From the NCBI GenBank assembly GCA_013288005.1, contig JABDCS010000001.1, forward strand, positions 23,843-87,842: DNA of 64,000 nt. Direction: 5' to 3'. Shown in pieces: positions 1 through 9,172 of this stretch; position 1 is the first letter of the stretch; each line of letters starts with the position of its first letter. The translations under genes and the position numbers were made by a program. The notes beneath the pieces are model-generated. The model was not told the origin of the DNA. It worked only from the letters and a program-made list of their open reading frames with translations, and did no database searches. Origin of the DNA: Chlamydiota bacterium (GTDB lineage: Bacteria; Chlamydiota; Chlamydiia; Chlamydiales; Rhabdochlamydiaceae).

Positions 1-207
1 TCAAAAGGAGCGATTGTAGGAGGGATCTTAGGAGGAATTGCCAAGCTGCCCGACTACAAAACCCCCTCTCCTCCTGCCAAACACCCCTTTCCTTGGGAAT
101 CAGCTTCAGAAACACCCCAGCAAAACCGGGGCAAGAAAAAAACAAAAAGCACGATTAAGCCTAACGATCGACCCCTAAAACAGCTCATCAAACTATTCAG
201 GCCTTAG
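1..207 (+). CDS. 3' end of an unidentified CDS entering from the left window edge (partial)
   Basis: Frame 1 is open from base 1 to TAG at 205-207 (SKGAIVGGILGGIAKLPDYK...KKKTKSTIKPNDRPLKQLIKLFRP*). It encodes a Gly/Ile-rich hydrophobic stretch followed by a basic tail. No family recognised; absent from the ORF track because it has no start in the window. Confidence 0.3.
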   Translation, partial: SKGAIVGGILGGIAKLPDYKTPSPPAKHPFPWESASETPQQNRGKKKTKSTIKPNDRPLKQLIKLFRP

Positions 208-320
208 CTTAAAGTTCCTTGTTTCGCGAGAATAGCAAATTCAATAACTGTTCTCTTTATAATGAACAGCATTCCCAAGAATCCTATTCGTAATGTCGGA
301 TTTTATTTTTAGTCAGCTGA

Positions 321-1376
321 TTAGGCTATCGTAATCTCTTTGCAGAGATAGACATTTTGAACCGCTTGAAGAAGCGCGATTCCCTCTTTCATCGGTTTTT
401 GAAAAGCTTTTCGTCCGGTAATCAAACCAATACCGCCAGCACGCTTATTAATAACAGCGGTTTTCGTGGCTTGAGCTAGGTCATCCTTACCAGATGGTCC
501 TCCGGAATTTATAAGGCCCATACGTCCCATATAACCATTGATCACTTGGTAACGCGTGAGGTCGATGGGGTGTGGTGAAGAGAGCTCGGTATACATCGCT
601 TCTGTCTGCTTACCAAATTTTAAGGCCTTAAAACCGCCATTCGTAATGGGTAATTTTTGTTTAATGATATCGGCTTCGATGGTAGCGCCAAGATGATTCG
701 CTTGTCCTGTTAAATCAGCGGATTCATGGTAATCAATGTCACCTGCTTTAAAATGGCTATTGCGTAGATAACACCATAAGACAGTAGCCATTCCCAGCTC
801 ATGCGCTTTAGCAAAAGCTTGGCTTACATTGATAATCTGCTGATGACTTTCAGGCGATCCAAAATAGATCGTCGCACCAACCGCTACACAGCCCATCTCG
901 TAGGCCTGCTGGATCGAGGCAAAGAAAATTTGATCATAGGTATTGGGATAAGATAAAAACTCATTGTGATTGAATTTAAGAAGGAAAGGGATTTTATGCG
1001 CATATTTACGAGCGACAGAACCCAATACGCCAAGCGTTGTGGCAACAGCATTACATCCTCCCTCGATGGCTAGCCTGACGATATTTTCCGGATCAAAATA
1101 TTCGGGATTAGCCGCAAAGGATGCGCCTGCACTATGTTCTACGCCCTGATCAACGGGTAATATCGATAGGTAGCCTGTATTGGCTAAACGCCCATGACCA
1201 AAAAGCGTCTGCAAACTGCGGAGCACGCGAATATTCCGATCAGACGGTGCAAAAATTCTATCGACCCAATCCGGTCCAGGAAGATGCAGTTTTTCTCGTG
1301 AAATTGTCGCACACGTGTGCCCGAGTAAGGAATCTGCATCTGCTCCCAAACATGTTTGAATATCAGCTAAACTCAT
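321..1376 (-). CDS. fbaB: class I fructose-bisphosphate aldolase (DhnA/FbaB type)
   Basis: The ~350-aa ORF shows the overall DhnA/FbaB pattern ([19 protein letters not shown]-terminal [13 protein letters not shown]). Start moved to ATG 1376, which has AAGGTGG 5 nt upstream; the GTG at 1385 lies inside that SD. Confidence 0.8.
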   Translation of the reverse strand: MSLADIQTCLGADADSLLGHTCATISREKLHLPGPDWVDRIFAPSDRNIRVLRSLQTLFGHGRLANTGYLSILPVDQGVEHSAGASFAANPEYFDPENIVRLAIEGGCNAVATTLGVLGSVARKYAHKIPFLLKFNHNEFLSYPNTYDQIFFASIQQAYEMGCVAVGATIYFGSPESHQQIINVSQAFAKAHELGMATVLWCYLRNSHFKAGDIDYHESADLTGQANHLGATIEADIIKQKLPITNGGFKALKFGKQTEAMYTELSSPHPIDLTRYQVINGYMGRMGLINSGGPSGKDDLAQATKTAVINKRAGGIGLITGRKAFQKPMKEGIALLQAVQNVYLCKEITIA

Positions 1377-1450
1377 ACAATCCACCTTATCGCAAATAAT
1401 CGGATTCTAAAGAATGTTACGACAAATTGCGAGCCTGAAAGTCAAACCAG

Positions 1451-1888
1451 CTAACTTGCAGCCAATAACTTTTTCATAGCGATGTGTGGGATGCCAAACT
1501 TCACGATTTTTTGGCTCTCGCTGTGGTAGCCGAGGTGGTGATAGAAATTAACGGCTTCTTCTTTAGCAAAGAGAACGACTTGACGAATTCCTCTTGCGAT
1601 GAGGGCTTTTTCTAAAGCATGGACCAATTTACGACCAAAGCCCACCCCTTTGTAGGTAGAACTTATGGTCATGGGTTCGATCTCCCCTTCACCTTCGCTT
1701 TTAAAATGGAAGATCACACATCCCACCACTTCCTTCCCTTCGAGGGCTACAAGGTGCAAGCTATTTTCTTCTTCAGGAAATAAGTTAGAGTCGGGTGGCA
1801 CACCAAACGGCTTATGCTGGACTTCCCATCGCAGCATACATTCTTGATAATATTCAGGTTGCTGGGTCTTGATGAACTTGAACTTCAT
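1451..1888 (-). CDS. GNAT family N-acetyltransferase
   Basis: 145 aa with an acetyl-CoA binding motif-A-like stretch (YKGVGFGRKLVHALEKALIARG), typical GNAT size. Confidence 0.7.
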   Translation of the reverse strand: MKFKFIKTQQPEYYQECMLRWEVQHKPFGVPPDSNLFPEEENSLHLVALEGKEVVGCVIFHFKSEGEGEIEPMTISSTYKGVGFGRKLVHALEKALIARGIRQVVLFAKEEAVNFYHHLGYHSESQKIVKFGIPHIAMKKLLAAS

Positions 1889-1968
1889 AGGCCCTCTGCG
1901 ATCTGTGCTGTTTTTTTCTATCTAGCAAATTTGCGAATTTGTAGGCGAAAAAAAACGAACTGTCCGGA

Positions 1969-3147
1969 TTAGGCAAGTTGGAGAATCAAACTTTTAAGAT
2001 AGCGGCCTTCAGGGTGTGCCAAGGATACGGGGTGATCAGAAGCTTGAATATGGGAGCTGATGATACGGACAGAGCGATTGGCTTCGCAAGCTGCTTGTGC
2101 CGCTAAGTTTTGAAAGAGAAGCTCATCCATATAGTAGGAGCAGGAAGAAATGAGAAGAAACGCACCAGAACGAGCACCTTGCATAGCTGAACGCATGAGT
2201 TGTTTGTAGCCTCTACAGGCATTCTCTACATCGTTGCGTTTTTTAGCGAATGCAGGAGGGTCGAGAATAATCAAGTCATAATCTTTAAGCGAACGGGATG
2301 TTAGAAAATCGAAGAGATCTTCACAAAACGCGGCGTGATTCTTCTGGCTGAATCCATTCAGCGCCATGTTTTTTTCTAAAAGTTCTATTGCATGAGAACA
2401 TATATCCACACTATCGACATGAGCGGCTCCTCCACGTAGCGCAGCGACAGAAAAGCCTCCGGTGTAAGAAAAACCATTCAGTACGCGTTTATCTTTTGCA
2501 CGAGAAGCAACCCAATTGCGCATTTCGCGTTGGTCAAAGAAAAAGCCTGTTTTTTGCCCATGTTCTAAAGAAACAAGAAAGCGAAGATCATTTTCTCTAA
2601 TTTCTACCTGTTCAGATGTCCTGCCCCATACATGTCCCTCGATTTGCTCTAACCCTTCTTGAAGTCTTGCAGAACCACGAGATTTTTCAAATATACCTAG
2701 AGGAGAAAACTGTTGGACTAGACCTTTGATGATCAGCGGACGAAGGCGTTCCATCCCCTGAGTCGTAAGTTGAATAACAAGAGTATCTCCATAACGATCA
2801 ACGATAAGCCCTGGCAGTCCATCGCCTTCGGCATTGATCAGACGAAAACCGTTGGTGCGCTTGCAATCGATTAGTTCTTTTCTTAATGCAGCTGCAGAGG
2901 AAAATTTCTTTTCCAAGAGCTCTTCAATAGCGATATTTTCAAAACTGAGGACTCTCCCTGTCAAAGAGTGTCCTGAATGAAAATAGGCTAGAGCTAGCCA
3001 TTTTTCTGCATGACTAAAGACCGGTAAGAGTTCACCAGGTTGTATATCTGGTGGCAGTGAGGCAATGGCACCCGAGAAGATCCAAGGGTGTCGCCGTTCC
3101 AGCGATTTTTCTTTGCCTGGTTTAAGAAGTGCGCATCTATTCGACAT
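1969..3147 (-). CDS. rlmI: PUA-domain class I SAM-dependent rRNA m5C methyltransferase (RlmI-like)
   Basis: The N-terminus from the internal ATG (MSNRCALLKPGKEKSLERRHPWIFSGAI) matches the RlmI/YccW-type start. SAM-binding motifs VLNGFSYTGGFS and LIILDPPAF are present. The longer ORF to 3240 would overlap rimO by about 100 nt. Confidence 0.7.
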   Translation of the reverse strand: MSNRCALLKPGKEKSLERRHPWIFSGAIASLPPDIQPGELLPVFSHAEKWLALAYFHSGHSLTGRVLSFENIAIEELLEKKFSSAAALRKELIDCKRTNGFRLINAEGDGLPGLIVDRYGDTLVIQLTTQGMERLRPLIIKGLVQQFSPLGIFEKSRGSARLQEGLEQIEGHVWGRTSEQVEIRENDLRFLVSLEHGQKTGFFFDQREMRNWVASRAKDKRVLNGFSYTGGFSVAALRGGAAHVDSVDICSHAIELLEKNMALNGFSQKNHAAFCEDLFDFLTSRSLKDYDLIILDPPAFAKKRNDVENACRGYKQLMRSAMQGARSGAFLLISSCSYYMDELLFQNLAAQAACEANRSVRIISSHIQASDHPVSLAHPEGRYLKSLILQLA

Positions 3148-4543
3148 AAAGCGATAGAGGCTTTTGCATCCCTTCAGGGCTGGGAGATTTCGACTTTTTC
3201 TTTTCACCTGATCGACGAATGACCTGACCCACGAGATCACATCCCATCACATCGCTTATCTCAACTTCGTAAAATTCGCCGAACGATTTAACCTTCCGCC
3301 CATCATTGATGACGACAAGACCATCTATTTCGGGACATTGTCCATAGAAGCGTCCTTGCATCAAGAGATCTGTTTCAGGATGATAACCTTCGATTAACAC
3401 TTCTAAACGCTTACCGATGAACTGTTTTCCGCGTTTCTTCACTATTTTTTCTTGAGCACGGCATAATTTTTGGTAGCGATCTTCTTTGATCTCTTCAGAA
3501 ATTTGATCGGTCAATTTTGCAGCAGGTGCTTCCTCTTCTTTGGAGAATTTAAAAACACCTACATTATCAAGCGGGTATTCGCGAATAAAAGTTAAAAGCT
3601 CCGCAAATTGTTCATCTGTCTCTCCGGGAAAACCCACCATCAAACTCGTACGTATCACAATATCGGGAAGACGCTGGCGAAGGGTAACGATAGACTGAAT
3701 GATTTGTTCGCGTGAGGTTTTACGGCGCATCGCCTTTAAAATTGGGTTGCTAATATGTTGAATCGGCATATCAAGATAGCGACAAACACGACGATCTTTT
3801 TCCATGATATCGATGAGTCCTTCGGTAATCTCATCTGGATATAGATAGAGAAGACGTAACCAAAATGGTCGTTCTTCTTTTACAAGTTCTCGTAGAAGTT
3901 TTTCGAGTCCATCCACTTCTCGACGCTCTTTTCCAAAATCCCCGAGATCTTGGGCGATAAGAATGATTTCTTTAACACCCTGATCGAGCAAAATCCTAAA
4001 TTCTTTGACTACCTGAGTGACAGGTTTGCTACGTAACGGCCCCTTAATTTTGGGGATAATACAAAATGCACACTGTTTAGCACACCCTTCGGCAATTTTG
4101 AGATAAGCATAAGAACGAGGAGTGGAAAGTTGGCGAGGGATTTCTCCCCATTGTAAATAGCTTTTAGCAGAAGAAACCGCATTTCCTGGAAGATCTGCTT
4201 CTACGGCTTCCAGAATTTTTTCCATATCTCCGGATCCCAGAAAATAATGAACAGCAGGAAATTGCGTCCGAATTTCTTCGCCGAATTTTTGCACCATGCA
4301 GCCGGCTACAATGACTTTAGCATGCGCCTTTTTTTCATCGAGAAGCCTTTGAATAGTGTCGCAAGACTCTTGGCGAGCAGAAGCTAAAAATCCACATGTG
4401 TTGACTACAAGAAAATCGGCCTCTTCGTGCTCTTCAACAGCCTCGTATCCTGCCTTTAGAAGAAGTCCCAGCATGACCTCGCTATCGACGAGGTTGCGCG
4501 CACATCCGAGACTTGTAAAATGAATTTTATTGCCTGTGAACAT
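3137..4543 (-). CDS. rimO: ribosomal protein S12 methylthiotransferase RimO (radical SAM, MiaB family)
   Basis: N-terminal UPF0004 pattern (FTSLGCARNLVDSE...VVNTCGF), radical-SAM CxxxCxxC (CAKQCAFC), and a C-terminal TRAM-like domain. Confidence 0.8.
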   Translation of the reverse strand: MFTGNKIHFTSLGCARNLVDSEVMLGLLLKAGYEAVEEHEEADFLVVNTCGFLASARQESCDTIQRLLDEKKAHAKVIVAGCMVQKFGEEIRTQFPAVHYFLGSGDMEKILEAVEADLPGNAVSSAKSYLQWGEIPRQLSTPRSYAYLKIAEGCAKQCAFCIIPKIKGPLRSKPVTQVVKEFRILLDQGVKEIILIAQDLGDFGKERREVDGLEKLLRELVKEERPFWLRLLYLYPDEITEGLIDIMEKDRRVCRYLDMPIQHISNPILKAMRRKTSREQIIQSIVTLRQRLPDIVIRTSLMVGFPGETDEQFAELLTFIREYPLDNVGVFKFSKEEEAPAAKLTDQISEEIKEDRYQKLCRAQEKIVKKRGKQFIGKRLEVLIEGYHPETDLLMQGRFYGQCPEIDGLVVINDGRKVKSFGEFYEVEISDVMGCDLVGQVIRRSGEKKKSKSPSPEGMQKPLSLYVE

Positions 4544-4594
4544 GATCCCTCTGAATAAGGGAGACTATAGTAGCTAGCTAGTACATAAAATAAA

Positions 4595-4628
4595 AACTGA
4601 ATTTTAGCCCTTAGGCTAAAATTCAGTT
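4595..4628 (-). terminator. rho-independent terminator downstream of the small ORF
   Basis: Perfect 15-bp stem (aactgaattttagcc / ggctaaaattcagtt) with a 4-nt loop. On the minus strand it is followed by a T-rich tract (ttttattttatg). Confidence 0.5.
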
Positions 4629-4642
4629 AAAGTTCTTAACTC

Positions 4643-4768
4643 CTAACCGATATACCCTGTACTATAAACGGGTTTTGGAGCTTTTTTAGGTGTTGACGCT
4701 GCGCCTTCGGTAGGTACTGTTGTCCCTGCCACAAATAGGACATAAATCACTGCTAAAAGAGATCTCAT
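4643..4768 (-). CDS. unannotated small ORF: 41-aa predicted secreted peptide
   Basis: Translation by hand: MRSLLAVIYVLFVAGTTVPTEGAASTPKKAPKPVYSTGYIG*. AGAGGA SD lies about 8 nt upstream of the ATG, the N-terminus is hydrophobic and signal-like, and the terminator hairpin sits immediately downstream. Below the ORF-track size cut-off. Confidence 0.3.
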   Translation of the reverse strand: MRSLLAVIYVLFVAGTTVPTEGAASTPKKAPKPVYSTGYIG

Positions 4769-4924
4769 ACCATTTATCCTCTGTAGTTTTCATCTTAGGT
4801 GATCACCCTTGTAGCTCAAGGGTTGAAGGCTATCGCTGAATTATTTGCCCTCGGTTTATCCAAAAACAGGAAAAACCAAAAAAAGTTTAATTCCGTGATA
4901 GCCCTTTAGGATATAGCAAAAGAA

Positions 4925-5250
4925 ATATTTCGAAGATTTTGACAGCTTTTTAATCAAAATAGATGGTTAATATACGCAGTCTATTTTGAAGTCGAAAATC
5001 TGTCCAAAAAGCTCAGAAAATCGAGATCCATTTACTTTTGCTACACCCTCTTAAAGCAGATATTTTTTTACCCGCTCAGAACCTGCCCTAACACTAGTGT
5101 TGCATGAATTTTCAGAAGATTTTTGGCAGCTTTTCGATTCTAGACAGATGATGAATATACAAAGTTGATATTATCCATCCCTTTTGAAATCGAAAGCTGA
5201 TCTAAAAGCTCAGAAAATCGCCAAACCTTGTTAGGAGAGATTCTTAACAT
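4925..5250. repeat. two tandem imperfect copies (~105-120 bp) of an intergenic repeat; dispersed relatives elsewhere in the window
   Basis: Copy A (about 4925-5060) and copy B (about 5104-5250) share ordered blocks: agaagatttt.g.cagctttt, aatatac, and ttttgaa.tcgaaa.ctg.tc.aaaagctcagaaaatcg. Copy A ends in acaccctcttaaagcaga. Confidence 0.5.
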
Positions 5251-5331
5251 TCAACTTTATAATTTTTTGTGATAATTTAATCAAAGCTTTATTTATAGTA
5301 TTTTTTTTCTTTACAAGTCTGGGAACGTCGG

Positions 5332-7047
5332 ATGACTCCTATACAAAAAAAACGTAATCTTGACGCATCTAATCCGAGTTATCCGAAAAGAGGGGAAATC
5401 CTCCACATCAACCTCCCCCAACTCAAGCAAAGTACGGGGACTTTAGAGCCACCACGAACAACAGATTCTAGCATCATTAATATTGCCTATTGTCTTTATG
5501 AAGGACTCATGCGTCCCACAGAAGATGGCAGTGCTATACAAGGACAAGCCAAGACTATCGAAATAGATGCGACAAAACGCATCTATCGTTTTCATCTTAA
5601 AACAAATCATTGGTGTGATGGCACCCTTGTTCAAGCTCAACATTTTGAAAACACGTGGAAGCAAATTCTCACGGGTAAGATCGACTGTCCAAATATCTAC
5701 CTTTTTGATTACTTTAAAAATGCCAAAGCTATTCGCGAAAAACGGTTACCTATCGATGAAGTAGGAATACGCTCTCTTGCTGATGACTTGCTTGAAGTTG
5801 AATTAGAAAGCCCTTTCAATGCCTTTCTTGATCTTTTAGCTACTTATCTTTTTGTCCCTCTTCATCCCATGAGTATCGAAGGCTTTCTTCCCGACCCTAA
5901 CTCCACCTCCTATCCTCTAATATCAAATGGTCCTTTCAAATTAACCCATTGGATCCCGAATGTGGAGTTGATCTTTGAAAAAAACGAGCATTTTCATCGA
6001 GTAGATGAGATTAGTCTGAAAAGGATTCATTTCAATTATATTGGGAGCGAAATTTCGGCCATAGATCGCTTCATCAATCACAGTATGGATATTTTAGGAC
6101 GGCCCTTCCCCCCTTCTCTTGTTAAACACAAAGCGATGCGCTACTTGTTCCAAGAAGGCCATTTTCAAACGCAAATGCTAGCTTCTACAACTTGTGCGAT
6201 TTTAAACCTGAACCGCTCCCCCTTAAACCATCCCAAACTGCGACGCGCTCTTTCTTTAGCTATTGATCGCACAGCATTGGCCAGAAGATTAATGATGAAC
6301 GAAGATTGTGCTGCAACCCATCTTCTTCCTCCCGTTTTTAATCCTGAAACCACCCATTCCCAACTGAGCAATAAGCGAGAATTATTAGAAGCACGCAGAA
6401 TTTTTAAAGAAGTCATTCAAGAAGAAAATATCAAACCGGAAGACCTTTTCGAGAATTTAATCATTCAATACCCCCATTCCGAACTCTACTTTAATCTTGC
6501 CATGGATTTAAAAGAGGCGTGGGAATGCATATTCGATATCAAGATTAGGACCCAGCAATTTACTCTATACGAACTACGCACAAAACTGGCGCAAAGAACC
6601 TTTTCCATCGTCCTTCTTACATGGTATCCGGACTATTTTCATCCTCTCGCCCTGCTCAATCGATTACGCTCTTCCTCGAATTCGAAAAATTATACAGGAT
6701 GGTCCGATCCTCATTTTTCCAGACTTCTCGAAAAGGCAGAAAATGCCTCAACTAAAGAAGAAGGTTTTCAACTGTGTATAGAAGCGGAAAAAATCCTTTT
6801 AGACGCTATGCCGGTGATTCCTCTCATGCATGGACGCTATGCCGCCATGATTCAAACTTACATCAAAAACTTCCACATCTCTCCACAAGGTATTATTAAT
6901 TTTGATAAAGTCTACCTCGATGAAAATTATGAGATCGAACAAAATCCCCTCTATTCAAAACGAGACAAAATCGTCAGCCTGCTTCAAGAGTGCATCAAAC
7001 CTCCCTTTGAATATCCCATTCCTGTAACGGATCTACTCGTACGTTAG
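5332..7047 (+). CDS. oppA: ABC transporter substrate-binding protein, family 5 (oligopeptide/dipeptide OppA-like), no recognisable signal peptide
   Basis: 571 aa with a family-5 SBP pattern (LEPPRTTDSSIINIAYCLYEGLMR...). It lies directly upstream of the oppBCDF genes. Confidence 0.7.
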   Translation: MTPIQKKRNLDASNPSYPKRGEILHINLPQLKQSTGTLEPPRTTDSSIINIAYCLYEGLMRPTEDGSAIQGQAKTIEIDATKRIYRFHLKTNHWCDGTLVQAQHFENTWKQILTGKIDCPNIYLFDYFKNAKAIREKRLPIDEVGIRSLADDLLEVELESPFNAFLDLLATYLFVPLHPMSIEGFLPDPNSTSYPLISNGPFKLTHWIPNVELIFEKNEHFHRVDEISLKRIHFNYIGSEISAIDRFINHSMDILGRPFPPSLVKHKAMRYLFQEGHFQTQMLASTTCAILNLNRSPLNHPKLRRALSLAIDRTALARRLMMNEDCAATHLLPPVFNPETTHSQLSNKRELLEARRIFKEVIQEENIKPEDLFENLIIQYPHSELYFNLAMDLKEAWECIFDIKIRTQQFTLYELRTKLAQRTFSIVLLTWYPDYFHPLALLNRLRSSSNSKNYTGWSDPHFSRLLEKAENASTKEEGFQLCIEAEKILLDAMPVIPLMHGRYAAMIQTYIKNFHISPQGIINFDKVYLDENYEIEQNPLYSKRDKIVSLLQECIKPPFEYPIPVTDLLVR

Positions 7048-7143
7048 CTTAGTTGACTGATTGCCATAGCTGATACGTTACTTGGGGATAAACTAGAATT
7101 GCGCTATAGTCTAGCGTATTGGCTACAAACCTCAATTTGTACT

Positions 7144-7181
7144 GTGTTCTAAAATTTAAGTTTTCATTGTTTTAGAGAACA
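7144..7181 (+). terminator. intercistronic hairpin between oppA and oppB (possible attenuating terminator or stabiliser)
   Basis: Imperfect inverted repeat gtgttctaaaa ... ttttagagaacac followed by ctttt. Weak T-tract. Confidence 0.25.
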
Positions 7182-7214
7182 CCTTTTAAGTAATCGAAAA
7201 GCTACTACGGCACC

Positions 7215-8165
7215 ATGCAACTTTTCGCCACCCTATTGCGTAAATTCTTCCTCCTCGTGGTTTCTTTGCTATGTGTAGCTACGCTCACTTTTATCCTGAT
7301 GCACACAATTCCTGGCGATCCATTCATGCAGGAACAGGCTATACCGGCCGAGATTCTCAAATCTATGTATCACCATTATGGATTGGATGATCCTTTGACT
7401 GTGCAATATGGCCGTTACCTGAAAAACCTCGTTACCTGGAATTTAGGACCTTCGTTCAATTACGAAGGCCGCACGGTAAATGAAATCATCGCTGATGGAT
7501 TCCCCGTTTCTCTCGCTTTAGGTTGTGAATCGCTTTTCCTTGCTATAGGGAGCGGACTTTTATTGGGGTCATTATCTGCGGCATTTCGATCGGGTTGGCA
7601 AGATCATATGGCTATTTTTGTTTCAGCCATGGGAATTTCTCTTCCGAATTTTCTTATCGCTACCTTGCTGCAATTTTTCTTGGCGATGAAAATGAACCTT
7701 CTGCCCATCGCCCGCTGGGAGTCTTTTGCTCATACATTATTGCCAGCACTTTCTATAGCAGCTCTTCCTACTGCTTTTATAGCGCGACTGACGCGGTCGA
7801 GCATGATTGAAGTGCTTCAACAAGACTTTATTTTAACAGCCCGTGCGAAAGGGCTTCGTATGCGTCAGGTTATTTTACGGCATGTTTTACGAAATGCCCT
7901 ACTTCCTGTTATCACCTATGTAGGCCCTTTAACAGCGAGCGTCATTACGGGCAGCTTTGTCGTCGAAAAAATCTTCGCAATTCCGGGTTTGGGACATTGG
8001 TTTGTTTCAAGTGTTGCTGGTCGTGATTATACCGTAATTCTTAATATCACCGTTTTTTACAGTTTTTTCTTAATGGCGTGTGTCTTTTTAGTAGACGTAC
8101 TCTACTGTATCGTGGATCCTCGCATACGTTTGCGAGAAGGGCGAATCACAAAGAATCAAAATTAA
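7215..8165 (+). CDS. oppB: oligopeptide ABC transporter permease OppB
   Basis: 316 aa, multi-TM BPD_transp_1-type permease with the typical OppB/DppB N-terminus (...MHTIPGDPF...). Confidence 0.85.
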   Translation: MQLFATLLRKFFLLVVSLLCVATLTFILMHTIPGDPFMQEQAIPAEILKSMYHHYGLDDPLTVQYGRYLKNLVTWNLGPSFNYEGRTVNEIIADGFPVSLALGCESLFLAIGSGLLLGSLSAAFRSGWQDHMAIFVSAMGISLPNFLIATLLQFFLAMKMNLLPIARWESFAHTLLPALSIAALPTAFIARLTRSSMIEVLQQDFILTARAKGLRMRQVILRHVLRNALLPVITYVGPLTASVITGSFVVEKIFAIPGLGHWFVSSVAGRDYTVILNITVFYSFFLMACVFLVDVLYCIVDPRIRLREGRITKNQN

Positions 8166-8263
8166 GAACGTATTTTTAAAATTACAATTTTCCTTTAGGG
8201 GTAAGGTAATAGTAAGCTCGCATAATAATTGTGAAAAATATTAAGGTTTAGCAAAGGCCCTAA

Positions 8264-9172
8264 ATGGATCCTGATCATTTTCTTCCTCTCTGTTCCCGGC
8301 AACCCATCGTACAAGATCAGGTCGTCGCAGGTAGTTCTTACTGGAAAGAAAGCCTCCGCCGTCTTCGCGCTAATCGCATAGCTCTTTTAGGGATAGGCAT
8401 TCTGATTTTTTTGGGTCTTTTTGCACTATTTGGCCCCATGCTATCACCTTATGAGCATTATGAAATGCACCTTCCGATGAAAAATTCACCCCCTAGCAGT
8501 AAATTTATTTTTGGTACAGATGAGCTGGGGCGAGATATGTACACGCGAACTTGCCATGGCGCACGCATATCGCTCTTTGTAGGCATTACAGCAGCTTTCC
8601 TCGACCTAGTCATTGGCGTAGCGGTCGGTGCAATTGCTGGGTGCGTAGGCGGCAAATGGGATGAAGCCATTATGCGTACCGTGGACATTCTCTATTCCAT
8701 CCCCCATCTACTGATCGTCATCATGCTCATGGTGGTGATGGGACCGGGCATTTTCACCATTATCATTGCATTGACATTTACGGGATGGATTGGCATGGCA
8801 CGCATTGTCCGAGGCCAAATCTTACAGCTTAAACAATTGGATTTTGTACGTGCAGCAGAAGCCCTGGGCGCAAGCCGGGGGCGTATCCTTCTTCGCCATC
8901 TTATTCCCAATGCTATGGGCCCGATTCTCGCCACCATGACCTTAACCATACCTACTGCGATTTTTGCAGAAGCTTTTTTGAGTTTTTTAGGATTAGGTGT
9001 TCAAGCACCGGCTACGAGTTGGGGTTCGATGGCTAGTACAGGTGTTTATGCCTTGCGCTTCTATCCTTGGCGCCTATTCATTCCCGCTACTTTTATCAGT
9101 TTGACAATGCTTTGTTTCAATCTTGTCGGTGATGGTATTCGCGATGCTTTCGACCCCAGGCTACGCACATGA
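8264..9172 (+). CDS. oppC: oligopeptide ABC transporter permease OppC
   Basis: 302 aa, OppC/DppC-like permease (GTDELGRDMYTR motif). Its stop overlaps the oppD start (ATGA at 9169-9172). Confidence 0.85.
   Translation: MDPDHFLPLCSRQPIVQDQVVAGSSYWKESLRRLRANRIALLGIGILIFLGLFALFGPMLSPYEHYEMHLPMKNSPPSSKFIFGTDELGRDMYTRTCHGARISLFVGITAAFLDLVIGVAVGAIAGCVGGKWDEAIMRTVDILYSIPHLLIVIMLMVVMGPGIFTIIIALTFTGWIGMARIVRGQILQLKQLDFVRAAEALGASRGRILLRHLIPNAMGPILATMTLTIPTAIFAEAFLSFLGLGVQAPATSWGSMASTGVYALRFYPWRLFIPATFISLTMLCFNLVGDGIRDAFDPRLRT

Noticed and set aside
3148..3240. N-terminal extensions offered by the ORF track for rlmI-like (to 3240), oppF (from 10031), hemW (from 61164), rodZ-like (to 18912) and fbaB (to 1385)
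   Set aside because: The extensions overlap the preceding gene or the SD itself and add non-homologous residues. Internal starts give family-typical N-termini and have Shine-Dalgarno sequences.
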